Assembly (NCBI GenBank): GCA_002256025.1
Contig: NKIB01012926.1
Location: 1 to 64,000 of the forward strand
DNA: 64,000 nucleotides
Source: Asterionella formosa
Taxonomy: Eukaryota
Direction: 5' to 3'
The translations under genes and the position numbers were made by a program. Below the pieces are notes generated by a model. That model saw only the letters and a list, made by a program, of their open reading frames with translations. It had not been told where the DNA came from and did not search any database. Position 1 is the stretch's first letter. Every line of letters begins with the position of its first letter. Positions 48,434 to 59,225 of the stretch are shown piece after piece.

Positions 48434-49133
48434 AAATTGATGGAGGCTGCAACCGTGAAAAACAAATTGGTCCTCATTGACATTTATGGAAATACAAGAC
48501 CAGTTTTTTTGGTAAACCGGTAATCTAATGATTATTGGGATGGATAGTCGACGCATTGCGTTCTCTGGGGCGGTATTGCTCGTATTCATCAATTGTTTGC
48601 AGTTGTGTACTCAAGACTTGAAAGCATTATGTCAAGTTGTTGTATCAACAAATGGGATAGAGCCCTATCAGAGTGGTGAAGTTTCCGGAAGAATATTTTG
48701 GTATTCATCTTTCCATTGGCAGCAACAATGGCAATCATGATGACGAAGTGACAGTAGTCTAGACTAGTACTGCCTACAGTCGGAAGTGGATCCATATTAA
48801 TCACATTATTTGAATTGCATATTTCAATGAATCAGCATATTGAGCAACTCAGAGCCATTCAAAATTATCTTATCTAATGTATCATATATATATATCTTAC
48901 ATCCATAATATGCCCCCTTCAGTTTCTGAGTATGCATCTTACTAAAGCTCCTTTTTCATCCAATCATTGGACAGTCGAAAGAATAGAGGGAATGAAGGCA
49001 CATCTAGAACAAGTTGAAGGCCAAAATGGGATGATTTTTTGTTGTTGATGAGTTTAACAGTCAGTCTAGAGCATTCCACAATATCGTGGACTCCAATGCT
49101 AACAGAGTTTCAACAGATTTTCGGGACCCTACC

Positions 49134-50377
49134 TGTTGAAGAAATTTTTTTAGGAAACCTCAAGGTATGAAATTTCCTACCAGTACACATTTACATGTTG
49201 AGTCAAATGAATCAAAAAGAATATCAAGATTTGAATTCGAAAGCAATCTGCACCACCAGTAAAACCCATAATTCTATTTAATCTTTTAGGAATGATTACA
49301 ATTGATCTCTGTCACATTGTTGTTCATATCTACAGCCTATTTGGTTCCTGACGTATCCTCAAGGGTTACAAGAAAGCAACAGGAGGCTTTGGGACGCAAT
49401 TTCAACAGATTTAATAGAATTATCCACCCAGGAAGAGCCGCAAGTCAAGAAACAACATCAGGCAAACCGTGGAGAGTCCAAAGACAAGATTTGAGTGTAT
49501 TAGACTGTTCAAAGTCTGAAGAAGTCGCAAAAGGCGCAAAATGAGTGGCAAAGGAAGGTTTAGCAAGAAGGTTCATGCCAAAGGCAAGGTCCAAGCCAAG
49601 GGAGAGAGCAATAATGCATCTCATACCAACAAGAAGTCTATATTAATGATGAAAACTACTATGTTGGATTGGCAAAGTAGGCATCTGACTATTAAACTAC
49701 TACAGAGTACCTGATCAACTATGTCAAGAAAGTGTTCGACTATGGCAATGACATAGGAACAGAGCTTGAGTTATTAGAACCAATCATTACATCAGCATGG
49801 AAGCCAAGAAAGCAGGTCAGCATTGCAACTACAGATTAGATTGTGCTGCAGAGAATCGCCAATATAAAATTGAATTCAAGGTTGATTATGATGGCTATAG
49901 CAAAAGGGTACAGACCTATTATCAGGAGAATTGATATTCAATGTTTATCATTCGAGATGTAATGAGAACGCTTTTCACTACAAAGCAGAGGGAAGGAGAA
50001 AGTCTACAAGATTATATGAAGAGGATTTTTGTGGCACAAGATGTGCTAAAGTCCCTTTATTGGGAGAACTATAATCCTAACCAAGTTTGTAAAAGCCATG
50101 GATGGGTATGATGAGACAGAGATCAAGTTGCAAGATAATTTTCGTGAACAGGTTTTCAGTCAATTCCTTGCTTACTTATACCTTGACAATGCAGACAAGG
50201 CCAAATAAGGATCAATTCTGACCAGGCTTAACACTCAACAGTCGCTCGGCAATGATCAATACCCAAAGAGAATCACAAAATCAAACAATTTATTTTCTCG
50301 GTCATCATCGATTCGATGTAACAACTAAGCCCAGCGTTCATAAGAAATCATATTAAAGATAGGGATCAAAAAGATGA
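49134..50377 (+). mobile_element. Copia element C, putative 5' LTR (~49134-49407) and degenerate gag
   Basis: TGTTGA...TCAACA segment (alternative start at 49196). gag fragments FKVDYDGYSKRVQTY, QREGESLQDY, FLAYLYLDNADKAK, SLGNDQYPK, HRFD. Confidence 0.7.
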
Positions 50378-51682
50378 GGAGTATGGTACGAATGGGGCAA
50401 AGACGAGAAAGGACGCTATCTACAGTCCGAAATGAAGGACTTTGTCAAAGATATGATTAATGAATACACGACTATGTTTGGAAAGGAACCAAAGAAAGCC
50501 TCAACGCCGGGATTCCTGGGAACGGTCCTAAGTAAGAACCAAGGAGAGACGATCAAGAAGAAGGAATATCGCTCTCTCGTTGGAAAAATACTTTACTTCG
50601 TGAAGAAAATATCGCGAGTATGCGCCAACACATGTCGTGAATTGTCATAGCACCTCGACAACCCAGGCGAAACGCACTGGCAAGCATTGGAACGCCTACT
50701 CGGGTATTTGTGTCTACATGGGGACATTGCATGCAGAATGAAACTACGTGCTCCCAACGAGCTATGTATTCAAGATGTCGTGGACAGCGCCTTCGCCTCT
50801 AATCCTGATACACGAAAAAGTGTCAGCGGTTATTTAGGCATGATCGGAGGGTGCGCCCTAATTCACTGGATATCAAAAGGACAGGATATCGTAACGCAAT
50901 CAAGCACCGAGTGTGAATATGTCGCACTCAGTACCTTGTAACGGCTCAAAGGAAACTGTCTTCGCAACCAATCTACTGGGCGAAATAACCACTATCGTGA
51001 TGCCTAGTCTAATGGGTGAGGACAATACCGGTGCGATTTATTTAACGAAAAATCATCAGGTTGGGGCACGTACAAAACACATCGACGTAAGATACCACTA
51101 TGTACGAGAACAAGTCGAAAACGGAACGATTAAGGTTGACTACATCAATACGGAAAAGAATCCTGCAGATGTCCTAACTAAAAATGTCATGGACAAGATT
51201 ATGAACATGCACGGATACGCGATCCAAAACGGGATGATGGATTGTTGGAACAAGGAGAGTGTTAAAGTGAGCTCATCTACGTAGTTAGGACTCGGAGTCA
51301 AACGAGTCAAACGATTTGAATGAGTCCACTTTGATGTACCAAGCTCTCATCAACCACACATTATACCTTGTTACTCCGACTATAATGAGCTGAACAATAT
51401 AAGCTATTTCAGAAGACCGATAGTTTGAAATGAATGATCATGGTTAAAAACCTATGATCAGTAAGTGTGAGATAGACATGGGTCCATCTATGATTGTATG
51501 TTTCTAGAAATGCGAACAGCATTTGGAGAATAGTTCGTTTGTTTTGTTCAAACAGAACAACCTAAACTAGATTAGTAAACCAACAATAAGAATATAGAAA
51601 CGGAAAGAGAAACGAACGTCTCTATCTATAGTCTTCTTTGTCTAACGATATAGATCTATATCAAAATGGTAATACTTTAACA
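50378..51682 (+). mobile_element. Copia element B, 3' half: end of RT, RNase H, PPT and 3' LTR (51260-51682)
   Basis: GVWYEWG...YRSLVGKILY, VDSAFA, TRKSVSGY, SSTECEYVA, EDNTGAI, RTKHIDVRYHYVRE, NPADVLTK. Purine tract aaggagag precedes the LTR. The LTR is the reverse complement of 47113-47543 with a few indels; TSD TAGCGA. Confidence 0.92.
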
Positions 51683-51921
51683 TAGCGATGACACCAGGCA
51701 TGAGCGATGGTGAAAGACCAGCCTGTGTGCCAGTTTCCGGAAGACTACCAGGTACTTCGTCTTGTTGTTGAGGGGAACCTTTTCGTGAATAGAGTTGAGC
51801 TACAGTGCAATATTATGTATGGCTACATGTATTCTATTGCTGTCACGATTGCATTGTTAGTACTGTAGCACTCACGCATGTACCTAATCTGGTCGTTACG
51901 CCAGTACGGTTCATACGGCCC

Positions 51922-52185
51922 ATGTCAAATCAAATGGACGTAAGTAATTCATGTTGACCAATCATATTGTATATGTGGAAGCGGGCACTTACAATGGAAT
52001 TTGTTGGACAGGAGATTTCAGTACTAAAAATTCCGGCACACGACTACTATTCCGATGATGACGTTTTGGCTCATAGTAATTCTGATTCCGATATTTTGGC
52101 GACCGTAGAAAAGGCCGATTTTGTCGAGTTTTTGGACGACGATAGCTCAACGTTGGCTGGGTCTGAAGACGATTTAGATACATAG
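51922..52185 (+). CDS. Small acidic two-exon protein (exons 51922-51939 and 52012-52185, 63 aa); its stop is created by the adjacent MITE
   Basis: ATG TCA AAT CAA ATG GAC, then a 72-bp phase-0 intron (GTAAGT...CTTAC...GACAG), then GAG ATT in frame: MSNQMDEISVLKIPAHDYYSDDD...EDDLDT*. Confidence 0.5.
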
Positions 52186-52373
52186 GTAACTTTCAAATAG
52201 CATCAGTATATAACTTCTGGCGAGAAACTGCAGAAAGGAACCGGTTTTTTTACTATGCCAAATAAACAGATTTCCCCCGAAATTTCGAGTCTTTTTAGCC
52301 TAGTTAAAAAACCGAAGTTCCTTTCTGCAGTTTCTTACCAGATCCTATATACTGACGATATATAGAGTGAACC
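52185..52373. mobile_element. Fold-back MITE (~189 bp) with TA target-site duplication (Tc1/mariner-type)
   Basis: Long imperfect inverted arms (cagtatata..ctgg..agaaactgcagaaaggaac..ggtttttt vs aaaaaacc..gttcctttctgcagtttct..ccag..tatatactg), flanked by TA at 52183-84 and 52374-75. Confidence 0.82.
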
Positions 52374-52566
52374 TACACCCCTACTTTGTCCGAAGACTGT
52401 ATTTAAGCATATGGAAAGGGTGTGTATTGGTGAAAGCTCCGTTGAGCGTTATACATATTTAAATTGTATGTGAAAAGTACGTGTTTGATTAGTCTGACTG
52501 AAAATTATTTTTTTAACCCTTCCTCGAGCTAGGGGTTCAAATGCAGCAACCTTAAGCTGAAACTTA

Positions 52567-53525
52567 CGGTGCCCGAAATACGAAGATCGAATATTGCGAA
52601 GCTATCGCAGCAAAATCTTCGATCTTCGTATTCGGGAAATTTTGTGGCCACCTTACGGTCCCGAAGAATAAATAGTATGTCAATCCATGCGTCAAATGAC
52701 CGATCTCGTGAATTGAAATTTATTCCTACATGAAAATTGGTAGTCTCGTCCATACGAATATTATAGTAATTAATTATAATGAAAATCGTCAACACTCAAT
52801 GCTCCATCGTTGTAGTTGCTGTTGTTGTAAGGTGATCGGCCTTCACATCGGCCTATCTCCTTTCTCCTCTCCCACCACCAGTATGTCCCTACCATCACAA
52901 TGACGACTCAGAGGTCTTTTCATTCTTTTTCGCTTAGCAGATGTTGTTGGATGGCGATAGCTGATTCCCTCGTTCAGATTGAACTTCCAAATGAAACTGA
53001 GAAACCAGCTCATTTCGCAACGCAGCTGGCAAGGCAGCTGGTAGTTGCCATGACAACCATTGTTGCTTCCATGGCTGTACACACTGTTGATAATGTGCCA
53101 GGAAGGTTGATGATAGAATTAGCGGAGTCGTCATGTTACAAATTATTTAATCATAAAGAAATTATTCAAAGTAAGGATAATTATATTTTATTATGTAATA
53201 ATAATGACAATAATGCTACAAAAGAAGTATCAAATACTATATCATCAGTATATGTGATGACAATTATATATTGTTTCCGCCATTCTGATGGGTGGAGACA
53301 ATCTTCGTTTGCCCGAATATTAATCTTCGGGAAACGAAGATTGTTCAAGAAAATACGAAGATTGGGTCAATATCGGGGATAAACCTCGAAATATTCGGGC
53401 GAACGAAGATTAATCTTCGAAATCAGGGGGATTTGCGAGTTATTTAGCCCGTAAGGGACGAAAATACGAAAATTAAACGCCCAACAGGTTATCCGGGCGA
53501 CTCAATCTTCGTAATTCAGGCACCG
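52567..53525. mobile_element. Non-autonomous TIR DNA transposon (~960 bp) with TA TSD and subterminal repeats
   Basis: TIRs CGGTGCCCGAAATACGAAGAT and ATCTTCGTAATTCAGGCACCG, each flanked by TA. Many (T)ACGAAGAT/ATCTTCG subterminal repeats at both ends. No transposase inside. Confidence 0.8.
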
Positions 53526-54199
53526 TAAGACGGGGCCTTAACACAACCATCAGTAGCACCAGCAAATTCAGGGAGAAAAGCGGCAGTAGAAAGGGGATGA
53601 CAGGGAGTAAAAGGGGCGTTGGCGGAAAAAGTAGCATCAACAGATGCCAAGCCAACATAATAGTTAGAAGTAGCAGGGAGGGAAGGAGGACAATGGAGAT
53701 TTTGGGGCGCATCAAAGTATAATCTGAAGCAGGATGATGCTGAAGGCAATACATGCGCAAGGCTGTCTCATGCCTGCAAGTAGTATGCAGGTGTTTGAAG
53801 CTCGGTGGCATGAGTAGGGTGACCTTCTTGTAGCACCAGTGCCATCCCAGCCAATACACATGTGTATGAGAAGGCGTGCATGTAGCCACCGAGAAAGATC
53901 CTGTTGAGACAATTCACAAACTAGCTATCATTGTGCCATTCGCTTACCTACTACTGCCCAATCATTGAATGTAAATGTCAATTTTAGCACACTATAGCTG
54001 ATCATATAAAATATATTTTGGATATTTCCTATCTTCAGATCAAATTTTGCAATTGGTCTGCTATTGCACATCATTAAAATATATTTTGTATATTTCCTAT
54101 GTTCGCATTTTGGCACTACAATTTACTCCAATTGCCACTCGGTTTTCTAGCCCTGGGATTGCCGAAATTGGCAAGGGGTCTACTGAAGGAAACATATTA

Positions 54200-54445
54200 T
54201 ACTGACCATTGATGATTTTGGCTGATAAGTTGTAGAGTGTTTGGACGTGAGAGGGAATCATCCATAGAGGGATGCGGACATATTGTAGTCACCATTGGGG
54301 GCACTGATAATACTGTTAAACAAACATTTAGCGGTAGTCAGATCAGCAGTCTGGGTGCTAACGTTGCCAGTGTAGATCACATGATTGCCCCCAGCAGTCC
54401 AGCAAACGTGTTGGGGAATGGTTTTTTCGGGGCAATCCGGCACAA
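54200..54445 (-). pseudogene. Copia reverse-transcriptase fragment (a different CoDi-like lineage)
   Basis: PEKTIPQHVCWTAGGNHVIYTGNVSTQTADLTTAKCLFNSIIS matches the RVRxTxGGD..YxGxVSTxTADLTTAK motif of diatom Copia RTs. Confidence 0.7.
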
Positions 54446-55356
54446 TTGGTGTGTGTGTATTTTGTGCTTATGAATGAAAAAACAGCAATTAGTTAATAAG
54501 ATAAAGGTTGCTTTCATCACTTCGGCTGGAAAAGGAGAATGAATTCGAGTTTGGAGAGAATAAAATCAAAGTAAGCATGACTGCCTTCCTTACTTTTGCT
54601 TACTGGTTATTGTCATTTGCTTTTTATGCCATTTGCTCATGTCTTCACATTTGGAAGAATAAAATTAGCATAAAACCTACGTCACTAAGTTGTGATACAG
54701 ACAATATTAATGAGTGCAGCATCTGTGAAAGTGTCAAATCTACTCATGACATGGTCATTTTCAAAATTGTGAAACTCTAAATTGCATGAAAAATGTGCCA
54801 TCAGCAACTTCATTTTCGTTGTGAAGATTAGAGTTAGAATAATTCTTTTTGTTTGTACTATTGTCTATGTATTAGTTGATGTATGTACGAAATAGGAAAG
54901 CGTCGTTCTCACTTTTCATTGAGAGAATCGCTACTTTTGTCAGGGTTAACAAGGTTAAGATGATATGCATGATGAAGGATTATCTAGCCACTCACCATGA
55001 CTACTGGTACACTCTAACATTTTCTACATACAAAAAATCGCGTTTTTCTAAGTTAAATGATTATTTAACAGCTTGTACAAGGACTACCGATACCTTGCAT
55101 GTCCTGATGATGAATTCAGCCATATGAAGTAGGCAAGCATACAGTGTTATTTCGCTTTCAGTCCTGTGTTTAGTACTGTTACCAGTAGTATCATTAGCTA
55201 TATTGTCTCAGCTGGGTGGATGTGAAGGCTCCTGGGTTGAATTGGTGATGTTATATGTACACATTAAGCAAAATTGTTACTTCAAGAAAACCAACGTTCA
55301 GCAAAACGACTGCCGTAGCAAACATTCCAATCATGGCACAAATGAAAATGAGGTCA

Positions 55357-55500
55357 GGTTCACCTATTTCTAGAATACTTAGAACATTTATTCCATACAG
55401 CATTCAATTCGGAATAAATTTTTAACAGTACTAGTGGCTATTAGCCGGAGAGCTATCAGAGCTTGTGTGTCACGAGAGGCAGTCACTATATATAGATAAA
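55357..55500 (-). repeat. Dispersed repeat, inverted partner of 34910-35040
   Basis: See 34910-35040. It begins GGTTCAC, like the terminus of the 52185-52373 MITE. Confidence 0.7.
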
Positions 55501-55511
55501 CGAGGGGACTG

Positions 55512-55782
55512 TGGTACCTGGGTACCAGGTACCAGGTAGCTTTCACATTATCATGCAAAGGATGGCGTCGCCTAAAGGTCCCTCCGTCAACGGTGATAGA
55601 GCTTATGTCCGTACAGCATAGTATGGTATCAGGTAACTGGTACCTGGTACCAGTACACCAGTACTATACACATAAGTACTCGGTGGAGTACCTGTTACCC
55701 GAGTACCTTGGTAACCTTGGAGTGCATTGACATCCAAGGCACTGGTGCCAGGTACCAGGTACCGGGTCCTGCTACCGGTAGT
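55512..55782. repeat. Dense GTAC-centred repeat cluster in the Lhcf promoter region
   Basis: ggtacctgggtaccaggtaccaggtag, ctggtacctggtaccagtacaccagtac, ccaggtaccaggtaccgg, ctaccggtag; one more copy at ~55985. Confidence 0.9.
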
Positions 55783-56073
55783 TGTTGTGGTTGTTATACT
55801 ATGTACGTTGCTCCGTGCATTGCTAGTTGAGCGAACAATTCTGAAGCGCATTTCTTACATGCAGCCATACGTATGAAGTCTACTGGCAGTCTAGCACCAA
55901 GTTTGAGGTTAGTTGAAGTCGAAGTGGAAAGATTTGGATTCACTACAGGTATTCCAATTATGAGTTAGATATCTTACTACAAGGAGGTACCTGGTGGTAA
56001 GTACTACATCTGCATGGTTGGACAGCCGTGGATCTTGGGCACTCTTTCGTTGCAAAAGGAATCGAATATCAAG

Positions 56074-56667
56074 ATGAAGACTGCTATTCTCGCTACCCTC
56101 GTCGCCGGCGCTGCCGCCTTCGCCCCTGCTGCCACCACCAAGCAGTCCACTGGCTTGAAGATGGCCTTCGAGAACGAGCTCGGAGCCCAAAAGCCCCTTG
56201 GATTTTTCGACCCTCTCGGCCTTGTCGCTGACGGCAACGAAGCCAACTTTGAGCGTCTTCGTTTCGTTGAGATTAAGCACGGACGTATCTCCATGCTTGC
56301 CGTTGTTGGATACCTTGTCACTGAGGCCGGAATCCGTCTCCCAGGAGACATTGCTTTGGATGGAACCAAGTTCACCGACATTCCTGGAGGTTTTGCTGCT
56401 ATTGGTGCTCTTCCTGGTGCTGGTTTGTTCCAGCTATTTGCTTTCATTGGTTTCCTTGAGACCTTTGTCATGAAGGACATTACTGGAGGTGAATTCATTG
56501 GTGATTTCCGTAACAATTTCATTGATTACGGCTGGGCTAAGTTGGACGCCGAAAAGCAATTCGAGAAGCGTGCCATTGAGCTCAACCAGGGACGTGCTGC
56601 CCAGATGGGAATCCTTGCCCTTATGGTGCACGAGAAGCTTGGTGTGTCTCTTATCCCTGGGCAATAA
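56074..56667 (+). CDS. Lhcf: Fucoxanthin-chlorophyll a/c binding protein (Lhcf family)
   Basis: Presequence MKTAILATLVAGAAA-FAP, AFENELGAQKPLGFFDPLGL, EIKHGRISMLA, GDFRN, ELNQGRAAQMG. Strongly biased C/T-ending codons. Confidence 0.97.
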   Translation: MKTAILATLVAGAAAFAPAATTKQSTGLKMAFENELGAQKPLGFFDPLGLVADGNEANFERLRFVEIKHGRISMLAVVGYLVTEAGIRLPGDIALDGTKFTDIPGGFAAIGALPGAGLFQLFAFIGFLETFVMKDITGGEFIGDFRNNFIDYGWAKLDAEKQFEKRAIELNQGRAAQMGILALMVHEKLGVSLIPGQ

Positions 56668-57629
56668 GTGCATAACGTTTCACGCAAAAATATGTTCGCA
56701 AGTTTTAACCCAAGCTATAAATCGGACGAACGCATAGTACGATTAAGATAGAGGTGGTAGTTTGATTCACATTTGGTAGCTAACTAAACTTATCTGATGA
56801 AGTATTGCATTTGAATGATTTGACTAGGGAGATGCAATATTGGCGAGGAGAGATGATGCTTAAGTTTTCCTTCGGCTCCTTCCTGGTATCGCTATGATTC
56901 CCAAGCACCATTCAAAATAATGGCACTCAACATACATTCAAGAACTTGCACTTGCTTGTGATGGTGGCGAGTTCCAGACCAATGAAAATAGTCCGGGTCA
57001 AGTCGGTTTGTGGTGTATATTTATATCATTGAGTTGCATTTCACTTTTACCAGACACTTTGACATTTATGTAGGTGAGATATGAACAGACTACATACAAT
57101 GAATTCGACACAAGATTGTACAGCAGGACAGAATACTTGATGTCAAAATAGGGCAACAAATTATTTTAAAATACACAAGAATGAATGTATGAAATTGTGC
57201 ATGAATTTGGATGGTTCACCCAGTATACATTCTCAATGCATCATGTGACTAGCATTTAGAGTTAGCTAGCAGTACCAATGTCATGCTATTTCAAAGTGGT
57301 GTTGGATATGATCTCACATCACGACAAGAACTAGCAATTCAGATCGAAAATTTTGGCCAGCTAAGATTTAACTGGTAACAAATACTCCTAAAAGTACAAA
57401 TTTACAGTTTTGATTTGCTAGGTAATTAGGTCATCGTGAAGAAAAACTTGTATGAACAAGGACCAGGATTGATATGTTTTGAGTTGTTAGAGAAAATCTA
57501 TGGTCACAATGAAGAAGAAGAATTCATCCAGTCTGGAAGGAAACAAGTGAAAACTAATCTGGGGTAGCTGACAGGTTATGTAAACAATCTATTCGACTTG
57601 AATTGAGCTTTGTTTGACAAAGTAACGTC

Positions 57630-57990
57630 CTGATGACGAAGAATTCATATGGAAAGAGAAATTCAATTTGGATCCAGTGACTATTCATTCAAAAATAAAC
57701 CGTTTGGTCAGGTTTGTGTCGTCTTGTTGGAAACTGCATATATACTGTTTGTTGTACAGGATAATCTATCATTATATGATAAAGACTAGTGATGAGTCAT
57801 ATGGAAAGCATGAGTCGATTTGGGTCTGCTGAGAGTTGAACCAAATAAAAAATTAGGTCTGTGTCTACTAGGTTGCAAACAGCTTTGTTGTGTTACGTAA
57901 TCAAGGATCATATCATGAAGGCTAGTAATTATTCATATTGAAAGTGATACTTGGTTTGGGTCTGCTGAGAGTTCAACTCAATGAAACAAT
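57630..57990. repeat. Diverged tandem repeat with a ~140-150 bp period (3 units, a fourth-like unit near 58305)
   Basis: tcatat(g/t)gaaag...tttgg(a/g)tc at ~57644, 57797 and 57933; gggtctgctgagagtt identical at 57821 and 57958. Confidence 0.6.
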
Positions 57991-59225
57991 TCCATTTTTT
58001 GTCAAATAATTCAAACTGCAAATATGTTGTTTTGAGCGCAATGAAAGACTTGCCTACAAATAGGGGAGTACAAATGCTGGGCCATAAAACAAACTATCCT
58101 TTTTGATTTTTAGAATAATTTCATCGTCATGACGAAGTTTATTAATTGATGAATTTGTAATTGAGATATGGTGTTGGTCCACTGACAGCAAGTTCAACTT
58201 GAGAAAAGTAATACAATTTGAGTTGCATCCACTTTTTAAAACGAAAACCAACATAGCTGGTATTGGGTTGTTGATTCTATAATCATAACAAAGGATATTA
58301 ACGCATGTGGAAAGTGAAAATGTATTCGGGTTCGCTGACAGATTCATCAAAATCAAATTCTAAATGAGTGGAGTTTTGTTCGAAGAAGGAAGGTTGGAAC
58401 GATAAGCTGTCAAACAATTAATATGGTTCTGCTGAGTATAGCCAAGTTCTGTGGGCATGATGGAAGGAAGGGAAAGATTTGTGACAAGAGGAAATAATAT
58501 AGTAGTGGCAAATCAAAAATAAATAAAAGAATAAACATTTATTTTAACATTATGAAACATGCATGCGTTACTACTTAACTTGCTTAGCTTGTGCATTTCA
58601 ACCTGCATCAACTATTCAATGACTTCCTGCAAGCACTGCAAGCAGGCCTACCAAGTGCAATAAGTATTTGCCAAGATAATGATTAATGCGGGCAGCCATC
58701 AAGTCTTGCAGTAATGAAATGATGGGACAATGGCGCCATGCTGTGTATTCTAAAAATGTTGGATCTACCCGAGGTGGATATGCCGCACATTTGGTCAGAA
58801 AATGAGGGAACTGCTCGTTTAGAAATGGCCGAGTCTACACGAACCCTGTTGACCAAATTTTATGAACCATACCAATAATGCTTGGAAATTTTCCTACTGG
58901 TCTTGCATAGTAGTACTATGGAGGGGTACATAGCTGAGGTTGTGCCTTGAAACAAGGACATTAAACGATGAGGCATGACATCCACTCAGAAAACAATGGC
59001 ATCATACTTAAACTTTCAGACCAACAGGAAACAAGAGCTTAAACATTAATTATCAAGTATACCCATATTTGTCAATAGACGAATATTACAACCGGATTCA
59101 GATATGTGAGAACATCCAATCTCTTTAAACTAGTACTTGCCAAGTCACTTTATTTATTTTTAATGTCTATCTCAGACCCCTTGAAACAGCAAATGCATAG
59201 CGAATTTCGTTTGAAAAAGTCTTCC

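Noticed and set aside
47113..51682. Inverted LTR copies read as TIRs of a DNA transposon or DIRS-like element that captured the OTU gene
   Set aside because: They are TG...CA LTRs with a PPT and Copia domains. The inversion and the restored TSD explain their orientation.
52900..53382. 160-aa ORF inside the TIR element as a transposase
   Set aside because: No DDE or HTH motifs; it runs through low-complexity AT-rich sequence and subterminal repeats.
55512..55782. GTAC as a CRR1/SPL7 copper-response element
   Set aside because: That system relies on green-lineage SBP-domain factors. Here the motif is longer and flanks functionally unrelated genes.
55909..56522. Minus-strand ORFs (123 and 172 aa) over Lhcf, and the 20-aa N-terminal extension from 56014
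   Set aside because: The antisense frames stay open because of Lhcf codon bias. The signal peptide starts at ATG 56074.
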